Positions 19,770 to 30,598 are shown, counted from the whole stretch's first letter. The stretch is 63,010 nt of DNA, filler included, from 6 parts of 6 records of this genome joined end to end with filler, not necessarily neighbours in it; one strand, 5' to 3'. Made by a program: numbers and translations. The notes: a model not told the origin generated them from the letters alone.

Positions 19770-20378
19770 CTAATTATTTAATTTTATATTTGAAAGAATT
19801 ACATTTAGAATTTTACTAATTGAATCCTCAACCGATTGTTTTGATGTATCTACAATAATATTTGGACTTAAAGGTTCTTCAAAAGGAGCAGATACGCCTG
19901 TAAAATCTTTAATCTCTCCTTTTCTAGCCTTTGCATATAAACCTTTAATATCTCTTCTTTCACATTCCTCAATTGGGGTATTAACATAGATTTCAATAAA
20001 ATCATCAATCCCAATAATATCCCTAGCAAGTTCTCTAATGTTCTTAGTCGGACTAATAAAGGCTGCTAATGTAATAACTCCTGCATTTAAAAATAATTTA
20101 CATACTTCTGCGATCCTACGTATATTTTCAATTCTGTCACTTTCTGAAAATCCAAGATTATTATTTATTCCACTTCTTATATTATCTCCATCTAAAAGTT
20201 TACAATGAATTCCCCTTTTATAAAGTTCCTTTTCTAAAGCAGTCGCCAATGTACTTTTACCCGATCCAGACAAACCTGTAAACCATATAACTTTTGCTTT
20301 ATGGTTCAATAATTTTTCCCTATGTTTTCTAGTTAAGATCGAATCGAATATTGGATAAATGTTATTCTCTTTTTCCAT
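19770..20378 (-). CDS. cysC: Adenylyl-sulfate (APS) kinase
   Basis: WFTGLSGSGKST, LDGDNIR, DRIENIRR, KGLYAKAR, FTGVSAPFE. Confidence 0.97.
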   Translation of the reverse strand: MEKENNIYPIFDSILTRKHREKLLNHKAKVIWFTGLSGSGKSTLATALEKELYKRGIHCKLLDGDNIRSGINNNLGFSESDRIENIRRIAEVCKLFLNAGVITLAAFISPTKNIRELARDIIGIDDFIEIYVNTPIEECERRDIKGLYAKARKGEIKDFTGVSAPFEEPLSPNIIVDTSKQSVEDSISKILNVILSNIKLNN

Positions 20379-20406
20379 TCAAAATTTTATAAATCATTTA
20401 TTTTTC

Positions 20407-21522
20407 TTAAAACTTCGCTTTAACGTATATATACAACTCTTTTCCGAGTACAATAAATACACCTAAAAATCCCCCTAAGAACATAGCAACTACAGCAATT
20501 ATTTTTTTTCTAGGTGACGATGGCTCTCTAGAAACTATTGGAGGTTCAATAACAGTAATTACGGGAGTTCTTTCCTTGACAGCTATTTTAGCTTGCTCTA
20601 ATTGCTGTGCTAAATTCTTATAAATAGCATTAATAATATCATAGGAATCACTTAATCGTTGATATTCCACATCTACTCTTTCAGATACAAAGTTTCTATG
20701 TGCGTCTTTAAATGAAAAGAACTTATCTTGAATCTGTTCGTATTCAATTTTTGTTTCGTTAAATCTTTCCTGTACAAATTCTAAATTGTTCCGTACTTGT
20801 TTTGTTTTGTATTCAATAATATAATCTTCCAGCATATCCATCGCATTTTTTACAAATTGTGCTGCTAAGATTGGTTCTTTTGCTTCTACCGAAATCGTGA
20901 CAACTCCAGTTTCATCATCTACTTTAATTTCAAATATATCATCAATATAATTTAAAACCTCTTCTTCTTCTTCTGTAATAGTAATAAGTTCGAAGTTATG
21001 ATCAACACTAAAATCGTTTATTGGACTATTTTTTGTTAATGCGTCCTTTATTGTCCAAGGCAATTTTATTGTGTAATCTAAAAAAGTATTAAACCATGAA
21101 CCTATTGTATCATTTTGTATATAATCATATATTGATATTGGTACATTATAATCTTCATAGAGGTATTCTTTATGTACAAATTCATTGATGAACGGATAAC
21201 TATTGACAATTTGCGGATATAAATCTGGTTGAATCACATTCGACTGACTTAGCATACTATTTAAATTAACACCGGCCATGCCGGCTAGAGCACCTAACCC
21301 TCCTAATCCACCTTCTTCACTTACAGTTTCCGGTAAAACTTTTGCATAAGAACTGTATTTTGGAGGACTTAAAAGACCTAAAATAATACCTAGGGTCAAA
21401 AAAACTCCAATACAATAATATATGGTTCTACGACCTTCCCATACTATTTTTAATAAAGCAATAAAATCTAATTCCCCTTCATTTATAAAAGCAATTTTAT
21501 TTTCTGCACTAGTTTCCTTCAT
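20407..21522 (-). CDS. Wzz-type polysaccharide chain-length regulator
   Basis: N- and C-terminal TM helices, GLGALAGMAG, coiled coil, VIEPP..PSSPRK. Confidence 0.88.
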   Translation of the reverse strand: MKETSAENKIAFINEGELDFIALLKIVWEGRRTIYYCIGVFLTLGIILGLLSPPKYSSYAKVLPETVSEEGGLGGLGALAGMAGVNLNSMLSQSNVIQPDLYPQIVNSYPFINEFVHKEYLYEDYNVPISIYDYIQNDTIGSWFNTFLDYTIKLPWTIKDALTKNSPINDFSVDHNFELITITEEEEEVLNYIDDIFEIKVDDETGVVTISVEAKEPILAAQFVKNAMDMLEDYIIEYKTKQVRNNLEFVQERFNETKIEYEQIQDKFFSFKDAHRNFVSERVDVEYQRLSDSYDIINAIYKNLAQQLEQAKIAVKERTPVITVIEPPIVSREPSSPRKKIIAVVAMFLGGFLGVFIVLGKELYIYVKAKF

Positions 21523-21524
21523 AG

Positions 21525-23942
21525 TTATAATCTATTTGTTATAGTCACTATCGTTAATGACATAGAAGCTAAAGCACTAGCTATACCAATCCATGCTTGA
21601 GCGCTCATCCCTTCTCTCATCGGTTTCTGTGGAATAATAATCTCAGATCCAGGACTTACCTTTGGATATTTTCTAATAAATAAAAATCCCTTTGTTGCAT
21701 ATGATGCTCCATTTGGTCTTAGCACATAAGTTTTCCCTTTTTTGGCATTTATAGAAAATCCTCCACTTGCATTAATGTATTGCTTTACTCTAAACCTTTT
21801 TTCAAAAACAGTTGAAGAAGGGTTTAGAACTTCTCCAGACACTTTAACAGTTTGTAATTCTGAGGGTATTTTAAGTATATCACCATCTCTCATAAAAATA
21901 TCCTCTTTTGATCCTGGATTTTGGATAATATTCTTTAAATTAACACTAACACTTTCAAACTCTAACTCAGAAAATACTAATGTAGAATCCATCTGCATTA
22001 ACTCTTCTCTTTTTGCTTTTTCTTCTTCTGACAAGTTCACTTTACGATATAGACTAGCTCCTTCAGGATAGGCATTTACAGCAAGACCTCCTGCTCTTTT
22101 TACAATATCAGATATTCTTTCTTTTGCTGTTGTCAAATTATAAATACCTCCATACATAATATTACCTGTAATGGTTACTTTACCTGTAGTAATAAAACCA
22201 GGCATAAATCGAACTGCTACGGCATCAAATGGCTTTAAAATAAATTTTGATGCATTATCATCTAATTTTAGCTCTCGCGAAACTCTAAAATAATATAATT
22301 CCGAAGAAGCTTCTGATGATTGATCTGCCACATCATATGGTAATCTACGTCTTACTTCTATAGTAGATTCGGAAGCTGATTCTTTAAACCCACCTGCTAA
22401 AAATACCAAATCTTCAATGGTCATATTTTCTGCATATGGATACTCTCCCATATTTTGAACTTCCCCCCACACTGCAACTGTTTGATTTTCACGCATATCA
22501 TCAATAGCCGAAATAAGCACCTTATCATTCTGTCTTAAAATTAAATCACTTTCTCCATTAATGACTTTTCCTACATCAAAAGCAAGACTTGTTGGCGTGT
22601 AATCATCTTTCAGCCTAGTAATTAAACCTCTATTTAGATATGCATTCTCTATTAAACCATCAGCTTTTGAAATCAACTCTGAAAGTTTTAATCCTTCCTT
22701 GTACTCATAATCACCAGGGTTGAAAACGGCACCCATAATTGATACTTTATTTATAAACCTATCTAAAATCTTACCTACAAATAAACTATCTCCACTTTCA
22801 ACATATACGTTTGAGATACTATCAATATGTACTTCCTTAAATGTTCTCTGTCTACCTGTATTTCTATATAATTTTAAAATATTTTTATAAGCATTTTCAG
22901 TAAATCCTCCTGCATATTTTACTAAATCACTAACTTTATCTCCTTCCTTAGCTTCAAAAATGCCATCTCTTTTAAACTCTCCTTCAATTTTAACTCTATT
23001 CTTATATGTAGGTACCATTATGACGTCATTATCCAATAACCCCATATTAATTTGAGAATTTCCATTTATTAAAAAATCATATACATCTAATTTCGCAACT
23101 ATACTACCATTTCTAATTAATTGAATTTCTCTATATGATCCGTTAACATTTGGGCCTCCACATAGATAAAGCACATTAAACAAACTTGCTGTACCTGGCA
23201 AAGTATATGTTCCTGGAATAAACACTTCCCCAACAACATTAACTTTTATTGTTTTTAACCTACCTGTTCTCATTGAGAAGAACGTTTTTGGATTTACATT
23301 TTTGAGGTCGCTATATATATTCCCTAAGTTTTGTCTAACCCTTTGTTTAGCATCTTTTATTGTATAACCTGATAAATATATTGGACCAACTAAAGGAATG
23401 TTAATCTCTCCATTTTTCCCAATTTCTAATTGATAATTTTGTTCTGATGCACCCCAAACATTAATAACCAATTCATCACCAACACCTAATATATAACTAT
23501 CGGGTACAGGTACATTTAAGGATGGTTCAAATGTTAACTTATCATTATTAAAAAACGAAAATCCAAATATTTTACTATTAATTAATGAACTATCTAATAA
23601 TGTTTTGGAGGATAAAACAGTAAGTGTCTCTTCATTTACTTCTTTGTCATTTGTTAACTTCCCTTTCTTAATTGCTTTTGATATACCTCCACTGGATTTA
23701 TATTCTTTAATTCTTTGGCGTAAAAGATATATCTGATCACTGGTCATACCTTTTGCCCTTGCTAAATTTACAGCATCCATTTCGGTTAACCCTCGTTTAT
23801 TCATCTCAATTACAATTTGATTGATTTGATCATCCGTTAAATTTGCAACATCAACAGTTGAAGGATCAACATTTTGAGCATTAAAATCCTGACAGACAAG
23901 CGTCAAACTAAGAATAAATAATAGTAAAGTTTTAATTTTCAT
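21525..23942 (-). CDS. Polysaccharide export protein with multiple SLBB domains (Wza/KpsD-like)
   Basis: Signal peptide, YILGVGDELVINVWG, repeated V.GEV..PG.Y...AGG SLBB units. Confidence 0.92.
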   Translation of the reverse strand: MKIKTLLLFILSLTLVCQDFNAQNVDPSTVDVANLTDDQINQIVIEMNKRGLTEMDAVNLARAKGMTSDQIYLLRQRIKEYKSSGGISKAIKKGKLTNDKEVNEETLTVLSSKTLLDSSLINSKIFGFSFFNNDKLTFEPSLNVPVPDSYILGVGDELVINVWGASEQNYQLEIGKNGEINIPLVGPIYLSGYTIKDAKQRVRQNLGNIYSDLKNVNPKTFFSMRTGRLKTIKVNVVGEVFIPGTYTLPGTASLFNVLYLCGGPNVNGSYREIQLIRNGSIVAKLDVYDFLINGNSQINMGLLDNDVIMVPTYKNRVKIEGEFKRDGIFEAKEGDKVSDLVKYAGGFTENAYKNILKLYRNTGRQRTFKEVHIDSISNVYVESGDSLFVGKILDRFINKVSIMGAVFNPGDYEYKEGLKLSELISKADGLIENAYLNRGLITRLKDDYTPTSLAFDVGKVINGESDLILRQNDKVLISAIDDMRENQTVAVWGEVQNMGEYPYAENMTIEDLVFLAGGFKESASESTIEVRRRLPYDVADQSSEASSELYYFRVSRELKLDDNASKFILKPFDAVAVRFMPGFITTGKVTITGNIMYGGIYNLTTAKERISDIVKRAGGLAVNAYPEGASLYRKVNLSEEEKAKREELMQMDSTLVFSELEFESVSVNLKNIIQNPGSKEDIFMRDGDILKIPSELQTVKVSGEVLNPSSTVFEKRFRVKQYINASGGFSINAKKGKTYVLRPNGASYATKGFLFIRKYPKVSPGSEIIIPQKPMREGMSAQAWIGIASALASMSLTIVTITNRL

Positions 23943-24115
23943 ATCTCATATTGTTTCTTAACGAAACGTTTAATTAATTTAAAAATTGTTTAATTTTAAT
24001 GTATGCTTCGCCTCTTGAGTCACATTTTTATTTGATTCAAGAAGGTATATAAAAACATCTTTTTCACAATAAAGAGATGACACATTGAATATTAGCATCA
24101 TATAGCTAATCAACT

Positions 24116-24724
24116 CTAATGATTTTTAAAATATTTTCGCTGAAATAACAAAATTAACACAATTCCAATAGTTATAGCAGAATCTGCTACATTAAACACA
24201 GGTCTGAAAAATACATAGTGTTCTCCTGACCAAAACGGAAACCAATCTGGAAAATTACCTTCTAACAATGGAAAATAGAACATATCCACCACTTTCCCAT
24301 GAAGAAAACTTGAATAGCCACCCTCTGTTGGAAATAAAGTCGCGACTTGCGGATAACTATCATTGAAAATTAAGCCATAAAACGCACTGTCAATGATATT
24401 ACCCAAGGCCCCCGCTAAAACTAATGAAATGCTGACTATCAGACCAGTTGGTGCATTCTTTTGCGTTAGTTGATATAAATAATATCCTATTCCTCCAACA
24501 GCTACAATTCTGAAAACACTTAGAATAACCTTTCCAAATTTACCGGCTAATTCCATACCGAAAGCCATTCCATTATTTTCAATAAAATGGATGATGAACC
24601 AATCGCCAATAACACGGAACTCTTCCCCAAGCATCATATGAGTTTTCACCCATATTTTTAAAGCCTGATCAATAAAAAGAACCAATAAAACTATGACAAA
24701 GGGCTTTTTAAAAAATGAAAGCAT
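24116..24724 (-). CDS. lspA: Lipoprotein signal peptidase II
   Basis: DQALK, NNGMAFG, GALGNIID, VVDM and VFNVADSAI motifs. Confidence 0.96.
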   Translation of the reverse strand: MLSFFKKPFVIVLLVLFIDQALKIWVKTHMMLGEEFRVIGDWFIIHFIENNGMAFGMELAGKFGKVILSVFRIVAVGGIGYYLYQLTQKNAPTGLIVSISLVLAGALGNIIDSAFYGLIFNDSYPQVATLFPTEGGYSSFLHGKVVDMFYFPLLEGNFPDWFPFWSGEHYVFFRPVFNVADSAITIGIVLILLFQRKYFKNH

Positions 24725-24802
24725 AATGATAAAATCTAAAGCAGCTATATATAGCCTACTTATGTAGTTGTGTTAATTTCAATATTTTCGAACACACACA
24801 CA

Positions 24803-24863
24803 AAACGAACTAATATAATTAACCAATCCTAATCATAGTTTGGCTAACTATACTAATTCGTTT
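24803..24863 (-). other. 24-bp intercistronic RNA stem-loop
   Basis: Arms 24803-24826 and 24840-24863 pair fully on the minus (mRNA) strand using four G-U pairs; 13-nt loop. Confidence 0.7.
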
Positions 24864-24886
24864 CATACGAATGTATAACGTAAAAG

Positions 24887-25264
24887 TTACTTTTGATTTC
24901 TTTTGGCATCAATACTTAATGTAGCATGTGGAACAGCTCTTAATCTCTCTTTTGAAATTAACTTGCCGGTTTCCCTACATACTCCATAGGTTTTATTTTC
25001 AATGCGCACTAAAGCTGCTTGTAAATGCTGGATGAACTTTAATTGACGTTGTGCTAATTTACCTGCTTCTTCCTTAGAAAGTACAGCAGCACCTTCTTCT
25101 AAGACTTTAAATGTTGGCGAAGTGTCTTGAGTGTCATTACCATCACCATGAGTAATCGTATTTCTTAACAATTCATAATCCTTCTTAGCCTTATCTAATT
25201 TGGCGATGATGATTTGTTTAAATTCTTGCAATTCCTCGTCGGAATATCGGGTCTTCTCAGCCAT
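24887..25264 (-). CDS. TraR/DksA family regulator (Bacteroidota type)
   Basis: ALVRIENKTYGVCRETGKLISKERLRAVPHATLS; ileS-dksA-lspA synteny. Confidence 0.92.
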   Translation of the reverse strand: MAEKTRYSDEELQEFKQIIIAKLDKAKKDYELLRNTITHGDGNDTQDTSPTFKVLEEGAAVLSKEEAGKLAQRQLKFIQHLQAALVRIENKTYGVCRETGKLISKERLRAVPHATLSIDAKRNQK

Positions 25265-25283
25265 AACAGTTAAATTTGAATTA

Positions 25284-28200
25284 CTATGCTTTTTTTCTCA
25301 CACAGATGTAGGTCTCAACCTGATTGTCGATCTCTACGAGTTTTCCTTCGGCTTCGTTACAATTTTCTACCAAATTAATTTCCTCTGCCAAAGTTTGGGA
25401 CGCAATATAATCTTTATAGTTGATTAGCGCTTGATTTATTTCGTCATTTTTTACAATTTCTAATGAAATTTTATCTGTAACATCAAATCCGGAATCCTTA
25501 CGTAAATTTTGTATTCTGTTTACAAATTCTCTTGCAATTCCTTCCTGCTTCAAACCTTCTGTTACATTGATATCCAAAGCTACGGTCAACTTTCCTTCAC
25601 TGGCAACCAACCATCCCGGAATATCCTCAGACATAATTTCAACATCATCTATTGACAACTCAACTTCACTTCCTTCTATATCAGCCTTTGTATGACCTTC
25701 CTTCTCAATGATGGCAATCTGATCCTGATCCATTTGATTAACAAATGCAGCAATTTGCTTCATCATCTTACCATACTTTGGACCTAAAGCTTTGAAATTA
25801 GGTTTGATTTTTTTTACGAGAACGCCTGAAGTATCTGTTAAAAACTCAATCTCTTTTACGTTAACTTCAGAAAGAATTAAATCCTTAACATTTTCCACCT
25901 GCTTTTGAAATTCTAAATCCAAAATTGGAATCATAATTTTTTGTAAGGGTTGTCTTACTTTTAAACTCTCTTTTCTTCTTAAACCAAGAACCATTGAGGA
26001 AATATCCTGTGCATAAAGCATTCTCTCTTCTAAATCCTTATTGATCTTAGTTTCGTCGGCTTGAGGAAAGTCGCTTAAGTGTACTGAATCAAATTTAGCC
26101 TTTCCTGCAATATTAGTCAAGTCATTATACAATTGATCCATGTAGAATGGAGCAATTGGTGCAGACAATCGAGCTACCGTTTCTAAACATGTATACAAGG
26201 TTTGATACGCAGCAATCTTATCTTTTGAATACTCTCCTCCCCAAAATCTTTTTCTATTTAAACGAACATACCAGTTACTCAGGTTCTCTGTTACAAAGTT
26301 TTGAATAGCACGGCCTGCCCTTGTTGGTTCATAAGCTTCAAAGCTATCACCAACTTCTTTAATTAGCGTATTTAATAAAGATATTATCCATTGATCAATT
26401 TCGGGTCTTTCATCAACAGGAATTTCATCCTCTTGTGCATTAAACCCATCTACATTTGCATAAAGCGCAAAGAAAGAATACGTATTGTATAAAGTTCCAT
26501 AAAATTTACGCTTTACTTCATCAATACCATTTATATCGAATTTTAGGTTATCCCAAGGTTGTGCATTAGTAATCATATACCAACGCAAAGGATCTGATCC
26601 AAATTTCTCTATCACTTCAAATGGATCAACTGCATTACCCAGGCGCTTTGACATTTTGTTTCCATTCTTGTCCAGTACCAAACCGTTTGAAATAATATTT
26701 TTAAAAGCAACTGAATCAAAAAGCATGGTTCCTAATGCGTGCAGGGTAAAAAACCATCCTCTGGTTTGATCAACACCTTCTGCAATAAAATCAGCCGGGA
26801 ACACCAACTTATCGTTTCCTGTTTCAAATGGATAATGCATTTGTGCATAAGGCATAGCACCAGAATCAAACCAAACATCAATCAGGTCAGTTTCTCTGTA
26901 CATTTTTTCTCCACTATCAGATATTAGAATAATATCATCAACATATGGTCGGTGTAAATCTACCTTATCGTAATTTTGTTTAGAAAAATCCCCGGCTTGA
27001 AATCCCCCATAAGGACTTTTCTCCATTGCTCCGGCTTCAACGGATTTATTTATTTCTTTAATCAGTTCTTCAACAGAACCAATGCATTTTTCTTCTTTTC
27101 CATCCTCTGTTCTCCAGATTGGAAGAGGTGTTCCCCAATATCTTGAACGAGATAAGTTCCAGTCAACTAAATTCTCTAACCACTTACCAAAACGACCTGT
27201 TCCTGTCGATTCAGGCTTCCAATTGATGGTCTTATTTAATTCCATCATTCTATCTTTAACCGCCGTAGTTTTAATAAACCAAGAATCTAAAGGATAATAT
27301 AATACTGGCTTATCTGTACGCCAACAATGTGGATAGTTATGCGTATGCTTTTCGACTTTAAATGCTTTATTCTCTTGTTTTAGCATTACAGAGATATCCA
27401 CATCTAAAGTAGGATCCTTTTCTGTTAGTTTTTCATCATAAGCATTCTTTACAAAGCGACCTGCATATTCAAGATAAGTATCCAGGTTGACAAAATCTTT
27501 CACAAAACCGGCATCTAAATCTTCTATTAAGAAATACTTACCTGTTTTATCAACCATTGGATTTTGCTTTCCATCCTTATCTATCAAAATAAGAGGAGCA
27601 ATTCCTGCCACTTTTGCAACGCGATCATCATCCGCACCAAAAGTAGGAGCGATATGTACTATCCCTGTTCCATCTTCAGTAGTAATATAATCTCCTAATA
27701 TCACTCTAAAAGCATCTCCATCTGGTTTAACCCAAGAAATTAATTGCTCATATCTAAGCCCTTCTAATTGCTTTCCGGTAAACTCCTCCAATACTTCAAA
27801 AGGAATTTTCTTGTCTCCTTCCTGATAATCATCAAAAGATAATTCTGCATTTTTCGCATTAAAATAGGATGATACAAGATTCTTAGCTAAGATAACAACA
27901 AGCTCTTTACCTGTATAAGGGTTAAAAGTTCTTACTTTTTGATAAATTACTTCCGGTCCAACTGCAAGAGCTGTATTTGACGGAAGTGTCCATGGAGTAG
28001 TGGTCCAAGCCAAGAAAAATAACTCACTTTCAATTCCATTAAATAAAAACTCAGAAGCTTCGTTTTTAACAACCTTAAATTGAGCAGTACAAGTTGTATC
28101 TTTCACATCCCTGTAACAACCCGGCTGATTTAATTCGTGCGTACTTAGACCAGTACCAGCAGCAGGTGAATATGGCTGTATAGTAAAACCTTTATATAAG

Positions 28201-28718
28201 AACCCTTTCTGGTAGAGCTCTTTTAACAGATACCATAGCGTTTCAATGTATTTATTATCGTAAGTGATATACGGATTTTCCATATCCACCCAATAACCCA
28301 TTTTATGAGTCAAGTCTTCCCAATTGTCGGTAAACTTCATTACATCTTTTCTACAAGATGCATTGTATTCTGCAACTGAAATTTTCTTGCCAATATCCTC
28401 TTTTGTTATGCCTAAAGCTTTTTCGACTCCCAATTCTACAGGAAGTCCATGCGTATCCCATCCGGCTTTACGCTTAACTTCGAAACCTTTTTGCGTTTTA
28501 TAGCGACAAACTATATCTTTTAAAGACCGTGAAATAACATGATGAATTCCAGGCAAACCATTTGCAGAAGGCGGTCCTTCGTAGAAAACAAATGTAGGAT
28601 TACCTTCACGTGTGGTAACACTTTTTTCGAATGTATTATCCTCTTCCCACTTTTTTAATACATCTTTATTGATTTGCGACAAATCTAATCCCTTGTATTC
28701 CTTAAATTTAGTACTCAT
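25284..28718 (-). CDS. ileS: Isoleucyl-tRNA synthetase (type 2)
   Basis: GPPSANGLPGIHH, GWDTHGLP, WTTTPWTLP, DQTRGWF and KMSKR. Confidence 0.98.
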   Translation of the reverse strand: MSTKFKEYKGLDLSQINKDVLKKWEEDNTFEKSVTTREGNPTFVFYEGPPSANGLPGIHHVISRSLKDIVCRYKTQKGFEVKRKAGWDTHGLPVELGVEKALGITKEDIGKKISVAEYNASCRKDVMKFTDNWEDLTHKMGYWVDMENPYITYDNKYIETLWYLLKELYQKGFLYKGFTIQPYSPAAGTGLSTHELNQPGCYRDVKDTTCTAQFKVVKNEASEFLFNGIESELFFLAWTTTPWTLPSNTALAVGPEVIYQKVRTFNPYTGKELVVILAKNLVSSYFNAKNAELSFDDYQEGDKKIPFEVLEEFTGKQLEGLRYEQLISWVKPDGDAFRVILGDYITTEDGTGIVHIAPTFGADDDRVAKVAGIAPLILIDKDGKQNPMVDKTGKYFLIEDLDAGFVKDFVNLDTYLEYAGRFVKNAYDEKLTEKDPTLDVDISVMLKQENKAFKVEKHTHNYPHCWRTDKPVLYYPLDSWFIKTTAVKDRMMELNKTINWKPESTGTGRFGKWLENLVDWNLSRSRYWGTPLPIWRTEDGKEEKCIGSVEELIKEINKSVEAGAMEKSPYGGFQAGDFSKQNYDKVDLHRPYVDDIILISDSGEKMYRETDLIDVWFDSGAMPYAQMHYPFETGNDKLVFPADFIAEGVDQTRGWFFTLHALGTMLFDSVAFKNIISNGLVLDKNGNKMSKRLGNAVDPFEVIEKFGSDPLRWYMITNAQPWDNLKFDINGIDEVKRKFYGTLYNTYSFFALYANVDGFNAQEDEIPVDERPEIDQWIISLLNTLIKEVGDSFEAYEPTRAGRAIQNFVTENLSNWYVRLNRKRFWGGEYSKDKIAAYQTLYTCLETVARLSAPIAPFYMDQLYNDLTNIAGKAKFDSVHLSDFPQADETKINKDLEERMLYAQDISSMVLGLRRKESLKVRQPLQKIMIPILDLEFQKQVENVKDLILSEVNVKEIEFLTDTSGVLVKKIKPNFKALGPKYGKMMKQIAAFVNQMDQDQIAIIEKEGHTKADIEGSEVELSIDDVEIMSEDIPGWLVASEGKLTVALDINVTEGLKQEGIAREFVNRIQNLRKDSGFDVTDKISLEIVKNDEINQALINYKDYIASQTLAEEINLVENCNEAEGKLVEIDNQVETYICVRKKA

Positions 28719-28985
28719 CCGTTTGTTAATTCACGTATTTTTTAAAAAGTGTACAAATATAATAGTTCACAAATTACTAGGCAATTTAGATATGATTATT
28801 TTGTTACAATCTTTTCATTCAATAAATTAGATACTCTCTCCAATATCATAAGAGTAATTATATACCTACATCTCAAGGTATTGTACACTATTTTCTAAAT
28901 TGATAGAGCTTTAAACATTTTATGAAGTATTGTGCTTAATTAAGAAAACTCTACTTTTAACAAAATTTTGACAGATCAATTACAA

Positions 28986-29554
28986 ATGAATTTTTGTAAG
29001 ATTATCCAATTAAGCAAAAGAATTAAAAGTGCCAATATTAAGCTTTTAGGTGTATACATACTATATCTTTTGAAAAAAGACATTTATCCATAAGAATAGA
29101 TCCTTCTTTAAACTGTAATTTATTTTGCAAGATGTGCTATTTCAGTTCAATGGAACAACGCAAAAAGTTAAAAGGCATTATACCGCAAAAAGATTTTGCT
29201 TACATTGCGCGTGTACTTTTTCCTAAAGCTATTCAAGTTTATATTGGGTGTGGTGCAGAACCAACTACCCACCGGAACTTTTTAGACCTTGCTCAATTAG
29301 CATATGAATATAAGGTACCCAATATTGGACTAGTTACAAATGGTCAGTTACTTACAAAAAACAGATGGAATTAATGACTAATATTGGTTTAAACGAAATT
29401 ACATTATCCTGCCACGGCGTTTATAAGGAAAACTATGAGTTTTTCATGACTAATTCAAAATACAATCGCTTTTTAGATACTTTAGAGCTTATCAATAAAT
29501 ACAAATCTAAATCAGAGACCAATCTTGGATCAATAGAAATTATTGTGGAGTAAA
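28986..29554 (+). pseudogene. Radical SAM protein, frameshifted twice and ending at the contig edge
   Basis: CNLFCKMC motif, GCGAEP and VTNG recovered by joining three frames at A6 runs (29073-29078 and 29356-29361). Confidence 0.8.
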
Positions 29555-29654
29555 NNNNNNNNNNNNNNNNNNNNNNNNNNNNNNNNNNNNNNNNNNNNTT
29601 AATTAATTAANNNNNNNNNNNNNNNNNNNNNNNNNNNNNNNNNNNNNNNNNNNN
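29555..29654. other. Artificial contig spacer
   Basis: 44 N + TTAATTAATTAA + 44 N. Confidence 0.99.
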
Positions 29655-30326
29655 TGTTAACGAGTGACCAGGAATTGCTCTTACATTTCCATCTTTGTCA
29701 TATTTCCCGATTCTAGGTCCTACAACCATTGCTGCTGCTAATGCTGCCCATCCACCAATCGAGTGAACTACTGTAGATCCAGCGAAATCGATGAATCCCA
29801 TACCTTCTAACCAACCTGTAGCTTGACCATATAATCCTGCCCATGCCCAGTGACCAAATATTGGATAAATTATTGCTGTTAAAATGAAACTTGCTACTAA
29901 ATATGTTCCGAATTTAGTTCTTTCTGCTAATGCTCCAGATACTATTGTTGCTGCTGTTGCTGCGAACACACCTTGGAATATAAAGAATGTCCAATCCCAA
30001 TCAGCTAATCCACTTCCGAAGAAGTTAGTCATTCCAACTAATCCACCTTTACCAAACATAAATGCAAATCCAACTGCCCAGAATGCTAAAATACCCATTG
30101 AGAAATCCATTACATTTTTCATAATGATGTTCCCTGCATTTTTAGCTCTTGTAAATCCTGCCTCAACCATTGCGAATCCTGCCTGCATAAAAAATACCAT
30201 TGCTGCTGCTATTAATGTCCATGTCCAGTTTAAATTGTTTTGAACTGTACCTGCCTCCATAGTATCAGCAAATACCATTGCACCGGATGTTACTAGTAAT
30301 GAAAGTAATAAACCTTTTCTCTTCAT
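29655..30326 (-). CDS. amt: Ammonium transporter (3' truncated)
   Basis: FFMQAGFAMVEAG, ATIVSGALAER, DFAGSTVVHSIGG and GPRIGKY; ATG at 30326 after SD AGGTGG. Confidence 0.96.
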
Positions 30327-30565
30327 CTTCAATCCCACCTTTTCTATTAATTTTATATATAGTTACTATTACGATATTCTGATGTCTCTTTTTTGGCAAC
30401 TTTTCGTTTATTTTTTGTGCCCTTTCTTTCGAAACACCCTCTCGTTTCTGTTGTTACAATTAATTTATCATTTTTCGTAATTTTAATCAAATATATAATA
30501 AAGATAAAAAGTATTAATCTCATATATTATTAATCCGAAAGCTATTAAAACCAATAGTTGAAGAT

Positions 30566-30598
30566 AAAAAAAAGGATTTGGTTTAATACCAAATCCTT
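30566..30598 (-). terminator. Intrinsic terminator of the GGDEF gene
   Basis: AAGGATTTGGT-N5-ACCAAATCCTT with a U-run on the minus strand. Confidence 0.8.

Noticed and set aside
30431-30448. Hairpin GAAACG-AGAGGG-UGUUUC in the amt leader as an ANTAR site
   Set aside because: The hexaloop has A1/G4, but I found no second hairpin or overlapping terminator, which ANTAR control requires.
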